Source: Candidatus Hydrogenedentota bacterium (GTDB taxonomy: Bacteria > Hydrogenedentota > Hydrogenedentia > Hydrogenedentales > SLHB01). From it: a stretch of 64,000 nt of DNA. The position numbers and the translations under genes were made by a program. Positions 28,328 to 38,253 of the stretch are shown one piece after another. The notes beneath the pieces were generated by a model. It was not told where the DNA came from. It did no database searches and was given only the letters and a program-made list of their open reading frames with translations. The stretch's first letter is position 1. Every line of letters starts with the position of its first letter. The DNA lies in the NCBI GenBank assembly GCA_963674865.2, contig CAXXYE010000004.1, forward strand, positions 224,001-288,000, read 5' to 3'.

Positions 28328-31068
28328 TAGATCTCCAGGACCTTCTCGGCTTCCAGGCGGGGCAAGTGCTCGATGAAGATGCCGCGAAAGGCGATTGCGT
28401 CAATATGCCTGGCAAAGAGGACAATGCGGTTGGACTCGCCGAATTCGAGTTGACTGCCCGCCTCAAAGAAATAGGCGACCACCGGGTAGGGGTTGGGCGA
28501 GAAGCCATCCCAGGCCGCAATCGCCGGGTAGACCTCTTGTTCGCACCCGTTAACCCAGGCCTTGAGGCCAAGATTCAGGGAGGTCAGATCGATGCCGCAC
28601 TTGATGGGCGAAGAGGTCATGTAGCCTTCGGGAATGCCTGGAACGCGCGAGGAGGTCCGTATGGGGTCGAAGGCGGCCGGCGGCTCGACGCGGATCACGA
28701 AGAAGAGGCGTTCGGGATAGGTCCAGCAGGGGCGGTGCAGTGTGAAGGGCGAAGTGTCGACGTGTTCACGATACACTTCGGGTATCGAGTAGTCGGCGGA
28801 GAGCCAGATGTTGCGATCTACTTGCACCGTTTGGGACCAGGGCGCATCGGAGAAGCCGTTTTGCAGCGAGAGGGAGGTTCCGTGCCGCAAAGGCTCCTGC
28901 CTAAACGACCAGGCTTCAATGCGGTCCGGGCACGTGGTGCCCGGGAACTGGATCTGTCGTTTGGAGAATTTGCCTTGGGCACGGATGCCGACCTGGCAGC
29001 GACTGCCGGGAACACCGGCCAATGTGACTTTGCCGTCTTCGTCCTTCTTAGCGCAAGCTCCGAAGACCTCGGGTCGTTTCCGCTTCGTCGAGGCGGGGGA
29101 GCGGCGTACCGCCTCAATGACGCGTGCCTCCCTTGGCTCGAGGGCAACGGCGAGGACGCCGTCGCGCCTAAACAGGCCGTCGTTCGGGCCGAGATAGTTG
29201 AATTCTCTTGGATAGAGTTCCCGCAAGACATAGCCGGAATCATGACTTAGGTTGAGCTTTAGCCGGGCTTCCTGCGGGTCGTAGGTGTTGTTGAACAGGA
29301 AGACCAGGGCGCCGCGTTCGCTTGTGTAGCTGTATCCGTCGACGGCGCCCAATCCGGGTTCGTCGAGTATTTCCTCAACGTCCAGCAATTCGTTGAGGTG
29401 TTCCTTTTCCCATTGGAGCCATTTCTTCGCGAATGCGCGGTCCTCGGGACTCAGATTCGTGGGAATGGCATGGAAACGGTGGCGCAAGCCCGTGGCGATG
29501 GCCGAAATGAGGCTATAGCGCCAACCGTCGGCGTCGTGGTAGAGATACCAGGGGTAATGCTCCGTGCCGGGGTAGGGCGCGTCGGGACTGGCTTCGGGCA
29601 CTACACCGACGGCGTTTCCTAGCCGGCACTTGGGGAGAAGGAAGTCGTGGGAGCGGCGGAAGTAGAGCCGGCCCATGTCGGCGAAGAGGCGGGCCACGTG
29701 CAGATCCGGGAGCGGCAGGGGATGTTCTTCGACCAGCGGCGGGACGCTGTCGAAGAGGCGGGCGAGCCCGGCGCCGTAGCTGCCGTAGGGGCGGCCGCAG
29801 CGGACGTGTCCGAAGCTCTCTCGCAGTGCTTCGGAGGTTTCGACGAGTCCCTCAAATGCCTTCTGAATCGACTCCGGGCCAATGGCGTGCCCGTGGCCGG
29901 CGCTGTAGCAGGCAACGATGGGCGCGCCGCGGACTTCCACATCGACGAAGCGGTGCTCGTCCATGAGTTCGATGTACCGATCGACGAGGGAGTCGCGGAA
30001 CTCCTCGCAGGCGTAGCAGGGGCCAAAATCGGGGCTTGCGGGCCCGCCATTCTGGGCGAGCGCCACCCAGCTCAGGTTCGGGGACTTCTCCCGTGCAATG
30101 ACTAAGGCGGCTCGAATACCTTCCTTTCGCATGCGTGTCTTGAACGCCTCTACAAAGGGGTAGGCGTCGAGGGAGGCAAGCATTCTCGGGACGAGGACAT
30201 GCCTTACTCCGAGCCACTTGCACTGGTCGAGTAGTTCAAACTCGCTCACGCCGAGAATGTCTTCATCCGGGCCCTTGAGTTCCCAGAAGGGCAGTTCCGA
30301 GGCGCCGCAGCCGAGCTGAAGGTATTCGTGAAACCACTGCCGCTCGCCCAGGTCAAGTTCGGCGCCGGACTCATGATAGACGTTTGCCCGCCGCCGTCCG
30401 GTGAGGGTGTATACGCCGAGGTCGACGGCAAGCGCCTGGAAGCTCCTACCGGGCTCGAGTGCTTCGCCAGGGCAATAGTCGAGGGTGAATGAATGCCCTT
30501 CGAGGGAGGCGTTGTAGCCTGCGAAGTCGCCGCAGTAGAAAATGCCTCCCTTCTTCCCGCGGACAAAGGCAACGGGGAAGTACATGCCGGCATCGTGGAG
30601 TAGAACGTCGCAGTCCTCAGGGACTTGCGGGCGGAATAGGCAGACGCGCTGGAGAGTGGCTCGCTTCTTGAGGTCGTGAAAAACGATTGATTTCTGGAAG
30701 AAATGATGGCCCCGGTGTACGGAATAGGCCAATTCGATGTCGAACCAGTCGAAAGACGCGTGGGTGGCCAAGCAGGCCACATCCGCCGAGCCGCGCGTCT
30801 CGAAGTTGGTGAATGCCGCCCCGGAAGTGTTGGCCTTTCCGGTATCGAAGTAGACTTCGAAGGGGCTGAATCTGAGCTGGATTTCTTCGCCGGTGAGTTT
30901 GTTGGCGACGATGCCTAACTTGTTCCCTTCCTGGCGGAAGTCAATCCTCAGCTCGATAAGGCCGTTGCCGAGCACGCCGGTTTGTTCGTCGGCGCGCACA
31001 TAGGCGGGTGCGCGCTGGGCCGTGGCGTCCCTGAGCCGCAGGCGGGGATGGAGTGTCGCTTGACGCAT
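28327..31068 (-). CDS. Large hypothetical protein (913 aa), possibly glycoside-hydrolase-like
   Basis: Long ORF with GGAGG RBS, coupled to the GT4 pair. No family motif recognised with certainty. Confidence 0.7.
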   Translation of the reverse strand: MRQATLHPRLRLRDATAQRAPAYVRADEQTGVLGNGLIELRIDFRQEGNKLGIVANKLTGEEIQLRFSPFEVYFDTGKANTSGAAFTNFETRGSADVACLATHASFDWFDIELAYSVHRGHHFFQKSIVFHDLKKRATLQRVCLFRPQVPEDCDVLLHDAGMYFPVAFVRGKKGGIFYCGDFAGYNASLEGHSFTLDYCPGEALEPGRSFQALAVDLGVYTLTGRRRANVYHESGAELDLGERQWFHEYLQLGCGASELPFWELKGPDEDILGVSEFELLDQCKWLGVRHVLVPRMLASLDAYPFVEAFKTRMRKEGIRAALVIAREKSPNLSWVALAQNGGPASPDFGPCYACEEFRDSLVDRYIELMDEHRFVDVEVRGAPIVACYSAGHGHAIGPESIQKAFEGLVETSEALRESFGHVRCGRPYGSYGAGLARLFDSVPPLVEEHPLPLPDLHVARLFADMGRLYFRRSHDFLLPKCRLGNAVGVVPEASPDAPYPGTEHYPWYLYHDADGWRYSLISAIATGLRHRFHAIPTNLSPEDRAFAKKWLQWEKEHLNELLDVEEILDEPGLGAVDGYSYTSERGALVFLFNNTYDPQEARLKLNLSHDSGYVLRELYPREFNYLGPNDGLFRRDGVLAVALEPREARVIEAVRRSPASTKRKRPEVFGACAKKDEDGKVTLAGVPGSRCQVGIRAQGKFSKRQIQFPGTTCPDRIEAWSFRQEPLRHGTSLSLQNGFSDAPWSQTVQVDRNIWLSADYSIPEVYREHVDTSPFTLHRPCWTYPERLFFVIRVEPPAAFDPIRTSSRVPGIPEGYMTSSPIKCGIDLTSLNLGLKAWVNGCEQEVYPAIAAWDGFSPNPYPVVAYFFEAGSQLEFGESNRIVLFARHIDAIAFRGIFIEHLPRLEAEKVLEI

Positions 31069-31266
31069 TATCCGCACCTCCTCTCACCCCAACCCGTTTC
31101 CTATTCTACCAAATCACACTGGCCACAGTCAATATCTGCCGCTTAACACGCTGACATGTAATGCCTTACATATTGACCGCGATGACATCCCAGGGCGGCT
31201 TGAATGATGCAAAGGGAAAGGGTATCGGTGGGGCAGGGCGCTGTAGCTGTGCGGCGCAATCGGGCT

Positions 31267-31491
31267 CTACGGTGTTTCCTGGGTTTCTTCTGACTTGCCT
31301 GAATCGTTGGGGGCGGTGGGGGAAGCGGGTGCATCCTCAGGGCCTTCGCTTTCAGGTTTCTCGTAAGAGCTGAGGAGTTCGTCCACACTGGCGTTGACTT
31401 CATCAAGGGCGCCCATCGCGGTGTCCAGTTCCCCGTCGATAGCCGCGAGATCATCGTCTCGACGCACGGAAATCTTGGTTTTCTTGGCCAT
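31267..31491 (-). CDS. Small acidic hypothetical protein (74 aa)
   Basis: MAKKTKISVRRDDDL... after CAGGAAG. Helical N-terminus with a disordered tail. Confidence 0.65.
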   Translation of the reverse strand: MAKKTKISVRRDDDLAAIDGELDTAMGALDEVNASVDELLSSYEKPESEGPEDAPASPTAPNDSGKSEETQETP

Positions 31492-31568
31492 GTCTGCTTC
31501 CTGATGCTCACTCTGGGCCTTCAGCGGCCCAATGGGGGCGTAATCTAGGTACTGGCGGCGTCTGGGCG

Positions 31569-32447
31569 CTAGAAGGCGGGCACGGGCGCGGCCTTCAGGT
31601 CGCGCGTGAATCCGGCCAGCAACTCCCGCCGCTCCACCATTGACTCGGGACCTCCCACGCTGGCGAGCACCTGCCAAGCCTCGCCGTCCTGACACGCAGC
31701 GGGAAGGTTGTCGGGGTCTTCCCAATTGTCCTCGTGCGCCGCGAGGTTGGCGATGCGAATGAGGGCGGCCAGCTTGGCATCCTTTGCATCGCTAAGGGGA
31801 CGGCTCTCATTGGGATGATGGAGCCAGAGGGCGTCCACCAGTGTGCTGGGGAGGTTCCAGCGGCAGGCGAGGGCCGCGCCGGCCTCGGCGTGGTTGAAGC
31901 CCAATTCCCTGGCCTCAAGCGCAAAGAGCGGCTCCGAAGGGGCTGTGCGGGCCTTGGTGTCGACCTGGGCGTACACGGCGCGCAATTGGCGCGCGAGAAC
32001 CATCTTCCCGATGTCATGCAGGAGCCCGGCGATGAAGTCCTCGCCCTGAAGGCCCAATTCCATGTGGGTGGCGAGTTTCTTCGCGAGTGCGCCGACCATT
32101 ACGGAGTGGCGCCATAGGTCTTGCGCGAGGAGGACAGCGGTGTACTCGTCCCGCAGGGCGGCGAATACGGAGATACCCATGACGATGTTGCGAATCTCTC
32201 TAACGCCCAGGATGACGAGGGCGAGCTTGAGGGTGCCCACGTACTGCTTCATGCCGTAGTAGGGCGAATTGCTGACTCGCAGAATCTTGGCTGTCAGGGC
32301 GGGGTCGCGCTGGATGGCGTCGCTGACTTCGGACAAGGCGGTATTCGGATCTTCGGTTAGTCTCAGTACTTCGGCCACAATCTCGGGCATGGCCGGTAGG
32401 TCGCCCACGCGCGCAACTACTTTGTCCAGGGCACTATTCTCGTCCAC
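31569..32447 (-). CDS. HDOD domain protein
   Basis: LPAMP, DPALTAKILRVSNS, AGLLHDIGK and HAEAGA.LA..WNLP. Confidence 0.93.
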   Translation of the reverse strand: MDENSALDKVVARVGDLPAMPEIVAEVLRLTEDPNTALSEVSDAIQRDPALTAKILRVSNSPYYGMKQYVGTLKLALVILGVREIRNIVMGISVFAALRDEYTAVLLAQDLWRHSVMVGALAKKLATHMELGLQGEDFIAGLLHDIGKMVLARQLRAVYAQVDTKARTAPSEPLFALEARELGFNHAEAGAALACRWNLPSTLVDALWLHHPNESRPLSDAKDAKLAALIRIANLAAHEDNWEDPDNLPAACQDGEAWQVLASVGGPESMVERRELLAGFTRDLKAAPVPAF

Positions 32448-32528
32448 GTTTCATCTGCCCCCTTGAGGTCAATCCGGTTTCTTTTTCCAAGCACACTAAC
32501 AGTTCACTTCACGTAATTCCGCTGTCGC

Positions 32529-33359
32529 TCAACGCGTAAGCAGCAGCGGGCACCCGGCGTGATTCATGGCGTAGGCGGTCGTGCTGCCCACGACGAACTC
32601 CCGCACTTTCGTGTGTCCGTACGCCCCCATAACAAGCAGATCGGCCTTGGCTTCCTCCGCGTATCCCACGATGACTTCGCTTGGATCGCCCGCGCGGACG
32701 ACGTAGGCAGCGTCCACGTCGTGCGTTCCGAGATATGCCTTTGCTTCCTCGATGCGCTCCTCGGCGCTACGGCCGCCGACGGTAAGGACGTCGAAGGGCC
32801 TGTGCCAGTTCTCACCAATATTGGCCGCTGTTTGAAGGGCCTTCTTGGCATGGGGCGAGGCATCGTAGGCCACAAGAAACCGCCCGGAGCCGGGGGCGTC
32901 GGTAGCTGTTACGAGTACGGGGCCGGCGGCCCGGCGGACGACGGCCTCGGTGGTCGAGCCGACGAGGCCGTCAAGCCATTGATCGTGCTCGCCGCCGCGG
33001 CCCATGACAATGAGGTCGGCCAGTTCGCCCCTTTCGATGATGCAGCGGGCGACAATGCCGACATCCTGGGTCGATTCGCAACGCACCCCGGCCTCTTCGC
33101 AGACCTCGCGGAAAGCCTCCAAGACCGCTTTTCCTCGCTCCTCGAGGATCATGGCGATATTGCCCTGGTAGTTGAGGTACGGGGCCGTGCCGAGAGAAGC
33201 CGAGATGTCGCGTAGGAATGGCCCCTCAAGGAGTTTGATGTCCACCACGTGTAGCCCGTGGAGGACCGCCTCGTAGCGCTTTGCCAGGGCCGCTGCGTAA
33301 CGTACGCCAATGGAGGCAGAATCACTTCCGTCAGTGGGCACGAGTATGCGTTTGATCAT
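32529..33359 (-). CDS. Universal stress protein (tandem Usp domains)
   Basis: KRILVPTDGS, DLIVMGRGG...VGSTT and DLLVMGAYG...VGSTT. ATGA overlap with hisH. Confidence 0.93.
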   Translation of the reverse strand: MIKRILVPTDGSDSASIGVRYAAALAKRYEAVLHGLHVVDIKLLEGPFLRDISASLGTAPYLNYQGNIAMILEERGKAVLEAFREVCEEAGVRCESTQDVGIVARCIIERGELADLIVMGRGGEHDQWLDGLVGSTTEAVVRRAAGPVLVTATDAPGSGRFLVAYDASPHAKKALQTAANIGENWHRPFDVLTVGGRSAEERIEEAKAYLGTHDVDAAYVVRAGDPSEVIVGYAEEAKADLLVMGAYGHTKVREFVVGSTTAYAMNHAGCPLLLTR

Positions 33360-33988
33360 GATTCGCGTTCCGCCATCCGGCCAAAGGCTTGAAGGATCTT
33401 CATGCCTTCGCGCTGACTCTTCTCCGGGTGAAACTGAACTGCATATACGTTGTCCCGGCCCACGACGGCCGGAAAGGTCACGCCGTAGGTGCTGGTGGCG
33501 CAAATCAGGGCGTCATCCGTAGGCTGGGCGTGGTAACTATGCACGAAGTAGACGTATGGGCGCCAATCCGCATCCGGCAACAGTGGGCAGGGGTGCTCGG
33601 GATTGGGCTCGAGTTGATTCCATCCCATGTGAGGCACCTTGAGGTTTGCCATTTTGGGGTGAGGGAATCGCACCACCGAACCGGGGAATATGCCCAAGCC
33701 CTTGGAGCCCTGTCCTTCTTCGCTGTACTCGAAGAGGAGTTGAAGTCCGACGCAGATGCCAAGGAAGGGCCGGCCGCTTTGGGCGGCGTCAATGACGGGC
33801 CCCGTCAGATTGCGCTCCACAAGCCCGTTGTAGCAGTCGGCAAAGGCGCCGACGCCGGGGAGGACGACGGCCTCCGCCCGTTCGACATCGCTGGTTTTTT
33901 CCGAGATGACGGCTTCGTAGCCGACGTTCTCGAAGCCCTTCTGGGCACTCCGCAGATTGCCCATGCCGTAATCGACGATGACGATCAT
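33356..33988 (-). CDS. hisH: Imidazole glycerol phosphate synthase, glutamine amidotransferase subunit
   Basis: DYGMGNL, LPGVGAF, GICVGLQ, VPHMGWN and QFHPEKS. Confidence 0.97.
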   Translation of the reverse strand: MIVIVDYGMGNLRSAQKGFENVGYEAVISEKTSDVERAEAVVLPGVGAFADCYNGLVERNLTGPVIDAAQSGRPFLGICVGLQLLFEYSEEGQGSKGLGIFPGSVVRFPHPKMANLKVPHMGWNQLEPNPEHPCPLLPDADWRPYVYFVHSYHAQPTDDALICATSTYGVTFPAVVGRDNVYAVQFHPEKSQREGMKILQAFGRMAERES

Positions 33989-34575
33989 GTCTCCAACATG
34001 CCTTTGGTGGAAGGCACATCCTGGACCCGGGGATCGAGCTGAACGGCCTGGGCCAGGGCCTTGGCGAATGCCTTGAAAATGCCTTCGATACAGTGGTGTG
34101 CGTTGGCGCCGTAGCGCAGCACAATGTGAAGGGTGGTGCGGCTATTCATGGCGAAGGCGCGGAAGAACTCCTCGACGAGTTCCGCGTCGAAATCGCCTAC
34201 CTTGCTGCGAGGTATCTGCGCCTGAAAGGCAAGGAAGGGCCGCCCGCTCAAATCGATGGAGACTTCGGCCATGGCCTCGTCCATGGGGATGACGGCATGG
34301 CCGAAACGCGTGAGGCCCTTCGTGTCCTTGAGTGCCTTCTGTAGGGCCTTGCCGAGGCATATGCCGATGTCCTCGACGGTGTGGTGGGCATCGACCTCGA
34401 GATCGCCCTTGGCGCGCACGGATAGGTCGCAAAGCCCATGACGAGCCACATGAGTGAGCATATGATCAAGAAAACCGACGCCTGTCGCGATGTCCGCTTC
34501 GCCGGAGCCGTCGAGAACGAGCTTGACGGCGATGTCGGTTTCCTTGGTTTTTCTGGTGATATTGCCCTGCCGCAT
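33985..34575 (-). CDS. hisB: Imidazoleglycerol-phosphate dehydratase
   Basis: RKTKETDI, DAHHTVED, PMDEA and NAHHCIE. Confidence 0.97.
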   Translation of the reverse strand: MRQGNITRKTKETDIAVKLVLDGSGEADIATGVGFLDHMLTHVARHGLCDLSVRAKGDLEVDAHHTVEDIGICLGKALQKALKDTKGLTRFGHAVIPMDEAMAEVSIDLSGRPFLAFQAQIPRSKVGDFDAELVEEFFRAFAMNSRTTLHIVLRYGANAHHCIEGIFKAFAKALAQAVQLDPRVQDVPSTKGMLET

Positions 34576-34589
34576 GGAAAGCCTCTCTG

Positions 34590-35315
34590 CTATCGCCCAA
34601 GAGACAGGCGTTCGGCGAGGAAGTGGGGCAGTCCTTCCTCCCGGATGCGGTTAGCGGCGAGTTTGACCTCGTAGGCCACCCGCACCAATTCGTATTCACT
34701 TTTCTCGGTGTCGAGGATCCCGAAGGCGCTGCGTGGGTCGCCGTCACGGGGCTGCCCGACTGAGCCTGGATTTACGAAAAACACCTTGCCTTTGTCAAGA
34801 ATAAACTTCGCCTGAGCGTCCAGTCCATAGGTGCCGTCCGTCGAGAAGATACCGGGACTATGCGTATGGCCAAAGAAACACAGGGAACATCCCTCCGCCA
34901 GAACATGGTCCACGTGGGGAAGGATGTCCTCCCATGAGAACAGATAGGTGTTGCGGTTGGCGGGGGAGCCATGGGCCGCCACGAAATCACCGAAGGCGCG
35001 TGTATCGGGAAGTTGGCGGAGCCACTCGAGATTGTCGTGGGCGAGGTTGTCGCGAGTCCACATGGCGGCCTGAAGGGCAATCGGATTGAATCCCCACGGT
35101 TCTTCGAGTCCGCAAGCGACGGCATCGTGATTGCCGCAGATAGTAGGGATGTCCTTTTCTCGAATGATCTCAACGCATTCGTTTGGCGATCCGTTGTATC
35201 CGACCACGTCGCCCAGACAGACAATTTGGTCCACGCCAATCTCCTCGATCCTGTCCAGTACGGCAACCAAGGCTTCGAGATTGGCGTGAAGATCAGAGAT
35301 GATCGCGTATTTCAA
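34590..35315 (-). CDS. Metallophosphoesterase family protein
   Basis: SDLHAN, LGDVVGY, GNHD, GHTH and NPGSVGQPRD. Confidence 0.93.
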   Translation of the reverse strand: MKYAIISDLHANLEALVAVLDRIEEIGVDQIVCLGDVVGYNGSPNECVEIIREKDIPTICGNHDAVACGLEEPWGFNPIALQAAMWTRDNLAHDNLEWLRQLPDTRAFGDFVAAHGSPANRNTYLFSWEDILPHVDHVLAEGCSLCFFGHTHSPGIFSTDGTYGLDAQAKFILDKGKVFFVNPGSVGQPRDGDPRSAFGILDTEKSEYELVRVAYEVKLAANRIREEGLPHFLAERLSLGR

Positions 35316-35855
35316 ACCGACTGCCTTTCAATTGCTTCTTCCGAACCGGGCCAAAACACCCAGCCACAAGGACGTGTGTTCTGTCCGAAGGCACCCCACC
35401 ATACCGGGTCTGTGCGGCAAATTACAAGTCTAGAGGACGGGCCCTCTTACCTCATGTTTCCTCTCTTCTTCGCCCGAGCCGACGCCGGGCAAAACCAACG
35501 GAGGACACTCATCGGAAGCAGGTGTTGGGCGACCTCCTCTGGTGGGCTCACTCGCCGGACTTCTGACGCCGGCGACTTCTTAACATGATAGCTTCAAAGC
35601 TTCTTCGGTATCCGCCCAGGCGTCCCGTAGCCTTGCGTTTGGCCTGATCTAGCCGCACCTATCCTATTGAGTGTGCCGACGCCATTGAACTCTTGCTTTG
35701 ACTCGTGGTCAAATGCCAGGAGGAGCAGCGATCGACGGAACCGTATGCAGTAGCCTGTATTCCGTGCATCTACCAGAGGCTCGGCCTGAACATGGCCGAG
35801 AAACCTGCAAATCCATGGGGTGGAGGAGCAGACAAGGCATCACAGGAGTGAACGC

Positions 35856-37379
35856 ATGAGAAGGCGTGATTTCCTCAGACAGACAACAACGGCCCTAGCG
35901 GGCGCCGCGGCGGCTTCGCAGCCCACTTTTTCTTCTGCTGAGGACGCCGTCCGGCCTGACATACTTCTCATCATGCCCGATCAAATGCGCGGGGACTGCC
36001 TGTCGGTTTTGGGGCACGCGGCTGTCCGTACGCCAACGTTGGACAAACTCGCAGAGGAGGGTGCGCTCTTTCGACGGGCGTACACGGGCGTAGCGTCGTG
36101 CATACCGGCGCGTTACGAGCTTCTTACGGGCCTCCATCCGCAGACAAGCGGGGTGGTAGGCTTCAAGGCGAAACCCATTACCACGGTGAGCATGCCCGCG
36201 GCCCTGGCTGCCGCGGGGTATGAGACGGCTCTCGTGGGGCGCTATATGCATCAACTGCCCGAAAGCGGCAATTGCGGCTACAAACGGGAGATACTTGGCT
36301 CGACCCACGTGGAGAATGACGAGTATCACAAGTTTCTGCGGGAGGCAGTGCCGGAGGCCAAAGAACTCAGGAATTACTTCACAAGTATGGGCCTAACCTA
36401 CAATCATTGGCAGGCGAAGCCATGGCCTCTAGCAGAGAACTTGCATCCCACGGCCTGGAGCGTGGCCCGGTCGCGCGATGTAGTGCGCGAGTCCGATTCG
36501 AAAACGCCCCTGTTCTTGACAACATCCTTTTATGCACCGCACCCGCCGCTATTCCCGCCTGAAAAGTACTTCGCCCCTCTGTTGGCGAGCGAGCACCTGC
36601 CTTCACCGGCGCACGGGGATTGGGTTGACTGGGAGGCGCTGACGCCCGAAGGCGACAAGCAGGGCCACCGCGTGTTGCTGGAGGGTGATGTCCTTCGCAA
36701 TGCGCAGGCCGGCTATTACGGACTCATCGAGCACCTCGACAGCCAGATCGCACTTCTAATCGAAGACTTCAAGGCTCGAAGTGAGCGAGCGAATAGGCCT
36801 TGGGTGATCGTATTCACGACAGATCACGGCGAGATGATGGGCGACCACGGCTATTTCCGCAAGTGCGAGCCATTCGAAGGTTCAGCCAATATCCCGTTTA
36901 TCATTGCCGGTTCGCGCGAGCTTGGATTCCGGCGGGGCCTGAAGATAAGGCAACCGGTTTGTCTGGCAGACATCATGCCGACATTGCTTGGCCTAGGCGG
37001 GGCAGATACGCCTGAGTACGTTGACGGTGTTGACTTGACGTTGACGCTCCGGGGCCGTGAAGAGCGAATTCGGGAATGGCTTCATTTTGAACACGCTCCG
37101 TGCTATAGCGAAGCACAGGCTTATCACGCACTGACGGATGGACGCCACAAGTACATCTGGCGCCCCGCGGATGGGCGTGAGCATTTGTTTGATCTCGAGA
37201 AGGATCCGCGGGAAGAGCGAGACTTGGCAACGGTGTCGTCGCAGCGTGCCACGCTGGACGCATGGCGCGCGCGCCTGGTGAAGCGTCTTTCCGACAGGCC
37301 CGAGGGTTTCGTGGCAGATGGCGGTTTGGCGCCTGGCCGCCCTTACCATCCGCTCAACGAAGGGACCTTGTGCAGCTAG
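35856..37379 (+). CDS. Tat-exported Cys-type sulfatase
   Basis: MRRRDFL twin-arginine signal, CIPAR (CxPxR)...LLTG, PHPP and DHGEM. Confidence 0.93.
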   Translation: MRRRDFLRQTTTALAGAAAASQPTFSSAEDAVRPDILLIMPDQMRGDCLSVLGHAAVRTPTLDKLAEEGALFRRAYTGVASCIPARYELLTGLHPQTSGVVGFKAKPITTVSMPAALAAAGYETALVGRYMHQLPESGNCGYKREILGSTHVENDEYHKFLREAVPEAKELRNYFTSMGLTYNHWQAKPWPLAENLHPTAWSVARSRDVVRESDSKTPLFLTTSFYAPHPPLFPPEKYFAPLLASEHLPSPAHGDWVDWEALTPEGDKQGHRVLLEGDVLRNAQAGYYGLIEHLDSQIALLIEDFKARSERANRPWVIVFTTDHGEMMGDHGYFRKCEPFEGSANIPFIIAGSRELGFRRGLKIRQPVCLADIMPTLLGLGGADTPEYVDGVDLTLTLRGREERIREWLHFEHAPCYSEAQAYHALTDGRHKYIWRPADGREHLFDLEKDPREERDLATVSSQRATLDAWRARLVKRLSDRPEGFVADGGLAPGRPYHPLNEGTLCS

Positions 37380-37387
37380 CCTAACGT

Positions 37388-38038
37388 TGGGAGACCCCCC
37401 GGCTGTGCCGGGGAGGCAGCCGAAGTTTGACAGTTCCAGGAGTCCATCGACGAAACTCCTAGGCGTGAGCCGCTCAAGCACACGCAGAGGAGTTCATCGA
37501 TGGACGATTACCAGAGTCTAAGTCACACGAAATGGGAGTGCAAATACCATGTGGTGTTTATCCCGAAAGGCCGGCGGAAGACGCTGTATAAGGCGCTGCG
37601 GGAGCACCTGGGTGAGGTGTTTCGGGAACTTGCGTTGAGAAAGGAGAGCCGGGTTGAGGAAGGTCACCTGATGCCCGACCATGTGCACATGATGCTGACG
37701 ATTCCCCCGAAGTACGCCGTATCGCAGGTGGTGGGCTACGTCAAAGGGAAGAGCGCGATTCACATTGCTCGGGTCTATAGTGAGCGCAAGCGCAACTTCG
37801 TGGGGCAGCACTTCTGGGCACGGGGCTACTTCGTTTCTACCTTGGGCCGAGACGAGGAGGTGATACGGGACTACATCAGGCGGCAGGAGCAGGAAGACCG
37901 CCGCCTGGACCAGATGGATATGCTACGCTGACAGCCACCCGATAAGGGTGGCCCCAACGCGCGAGCGCGCTAGCGCCCAGCGCAGCCGCTTTGAGCGCCT
38001 CACGGTAAAGCCCCCGGCTCTGCCGGGGGATACTTACT
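37388..38038 (+). mobile_element. IS200/IS605-family element, tnpA only
   Basis: Subterminal hairpins CCCCGGCTGTGCCGGGG (left) and CCCCCGGCTCTGCCGGGGG (right) flank tnpA. Ends are approximate. Confidence 0.85.
37500..37931 (+). CDS. tnpA: IS200/IS605 Y1 (HUH) transposase
   Basis: YHVVFIPK, DHVHMM (HUH), KGKSA, FWARGYFVST and IRDYIRRQ. Confidence 0.96.
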   Translation: MDDYQSLSHTKWECKYHVVFIPKGRRKTLYKALREHLGEVFRELALRKESRVEEGHLMPDHVHMMLTIPPKYAVSQVVGYVKGKSAIHIARVYSERKRNFVGQHFWARGYFVSTLGRDEEVIRDYIRRQEQEDRRLDQMDMLR

Positions 38039-38253
38039 GCAGTCTGAAAGGCCTGGCGCCCTGTTCGCCGCAAGGCAACGAGTGCCGTGGCCGCAGGAGG
38101 CCCCCAGTGGCCGGGCTGCCGATTGTGCCGCGCGTCAAGTCGTTTGGATTAAAGCTATTGGCAAGACAAGCACCCTTACCTAACGGGTGAGTATGTCCTA
38201 AGAGACGGAGTTGATAAGAAGCGCCCAGTGCGCGGCATGATCGAGTTTCCCGG

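Noticed and set aside
35316..35855. Long intergenic region between the phosphoesterase and the sulfatase as an ncRNA or hidden gene
   Set aside because: No recognisable RNA motif, strong fold-back or credible ORF. It is consistent with a divergent promoter region.
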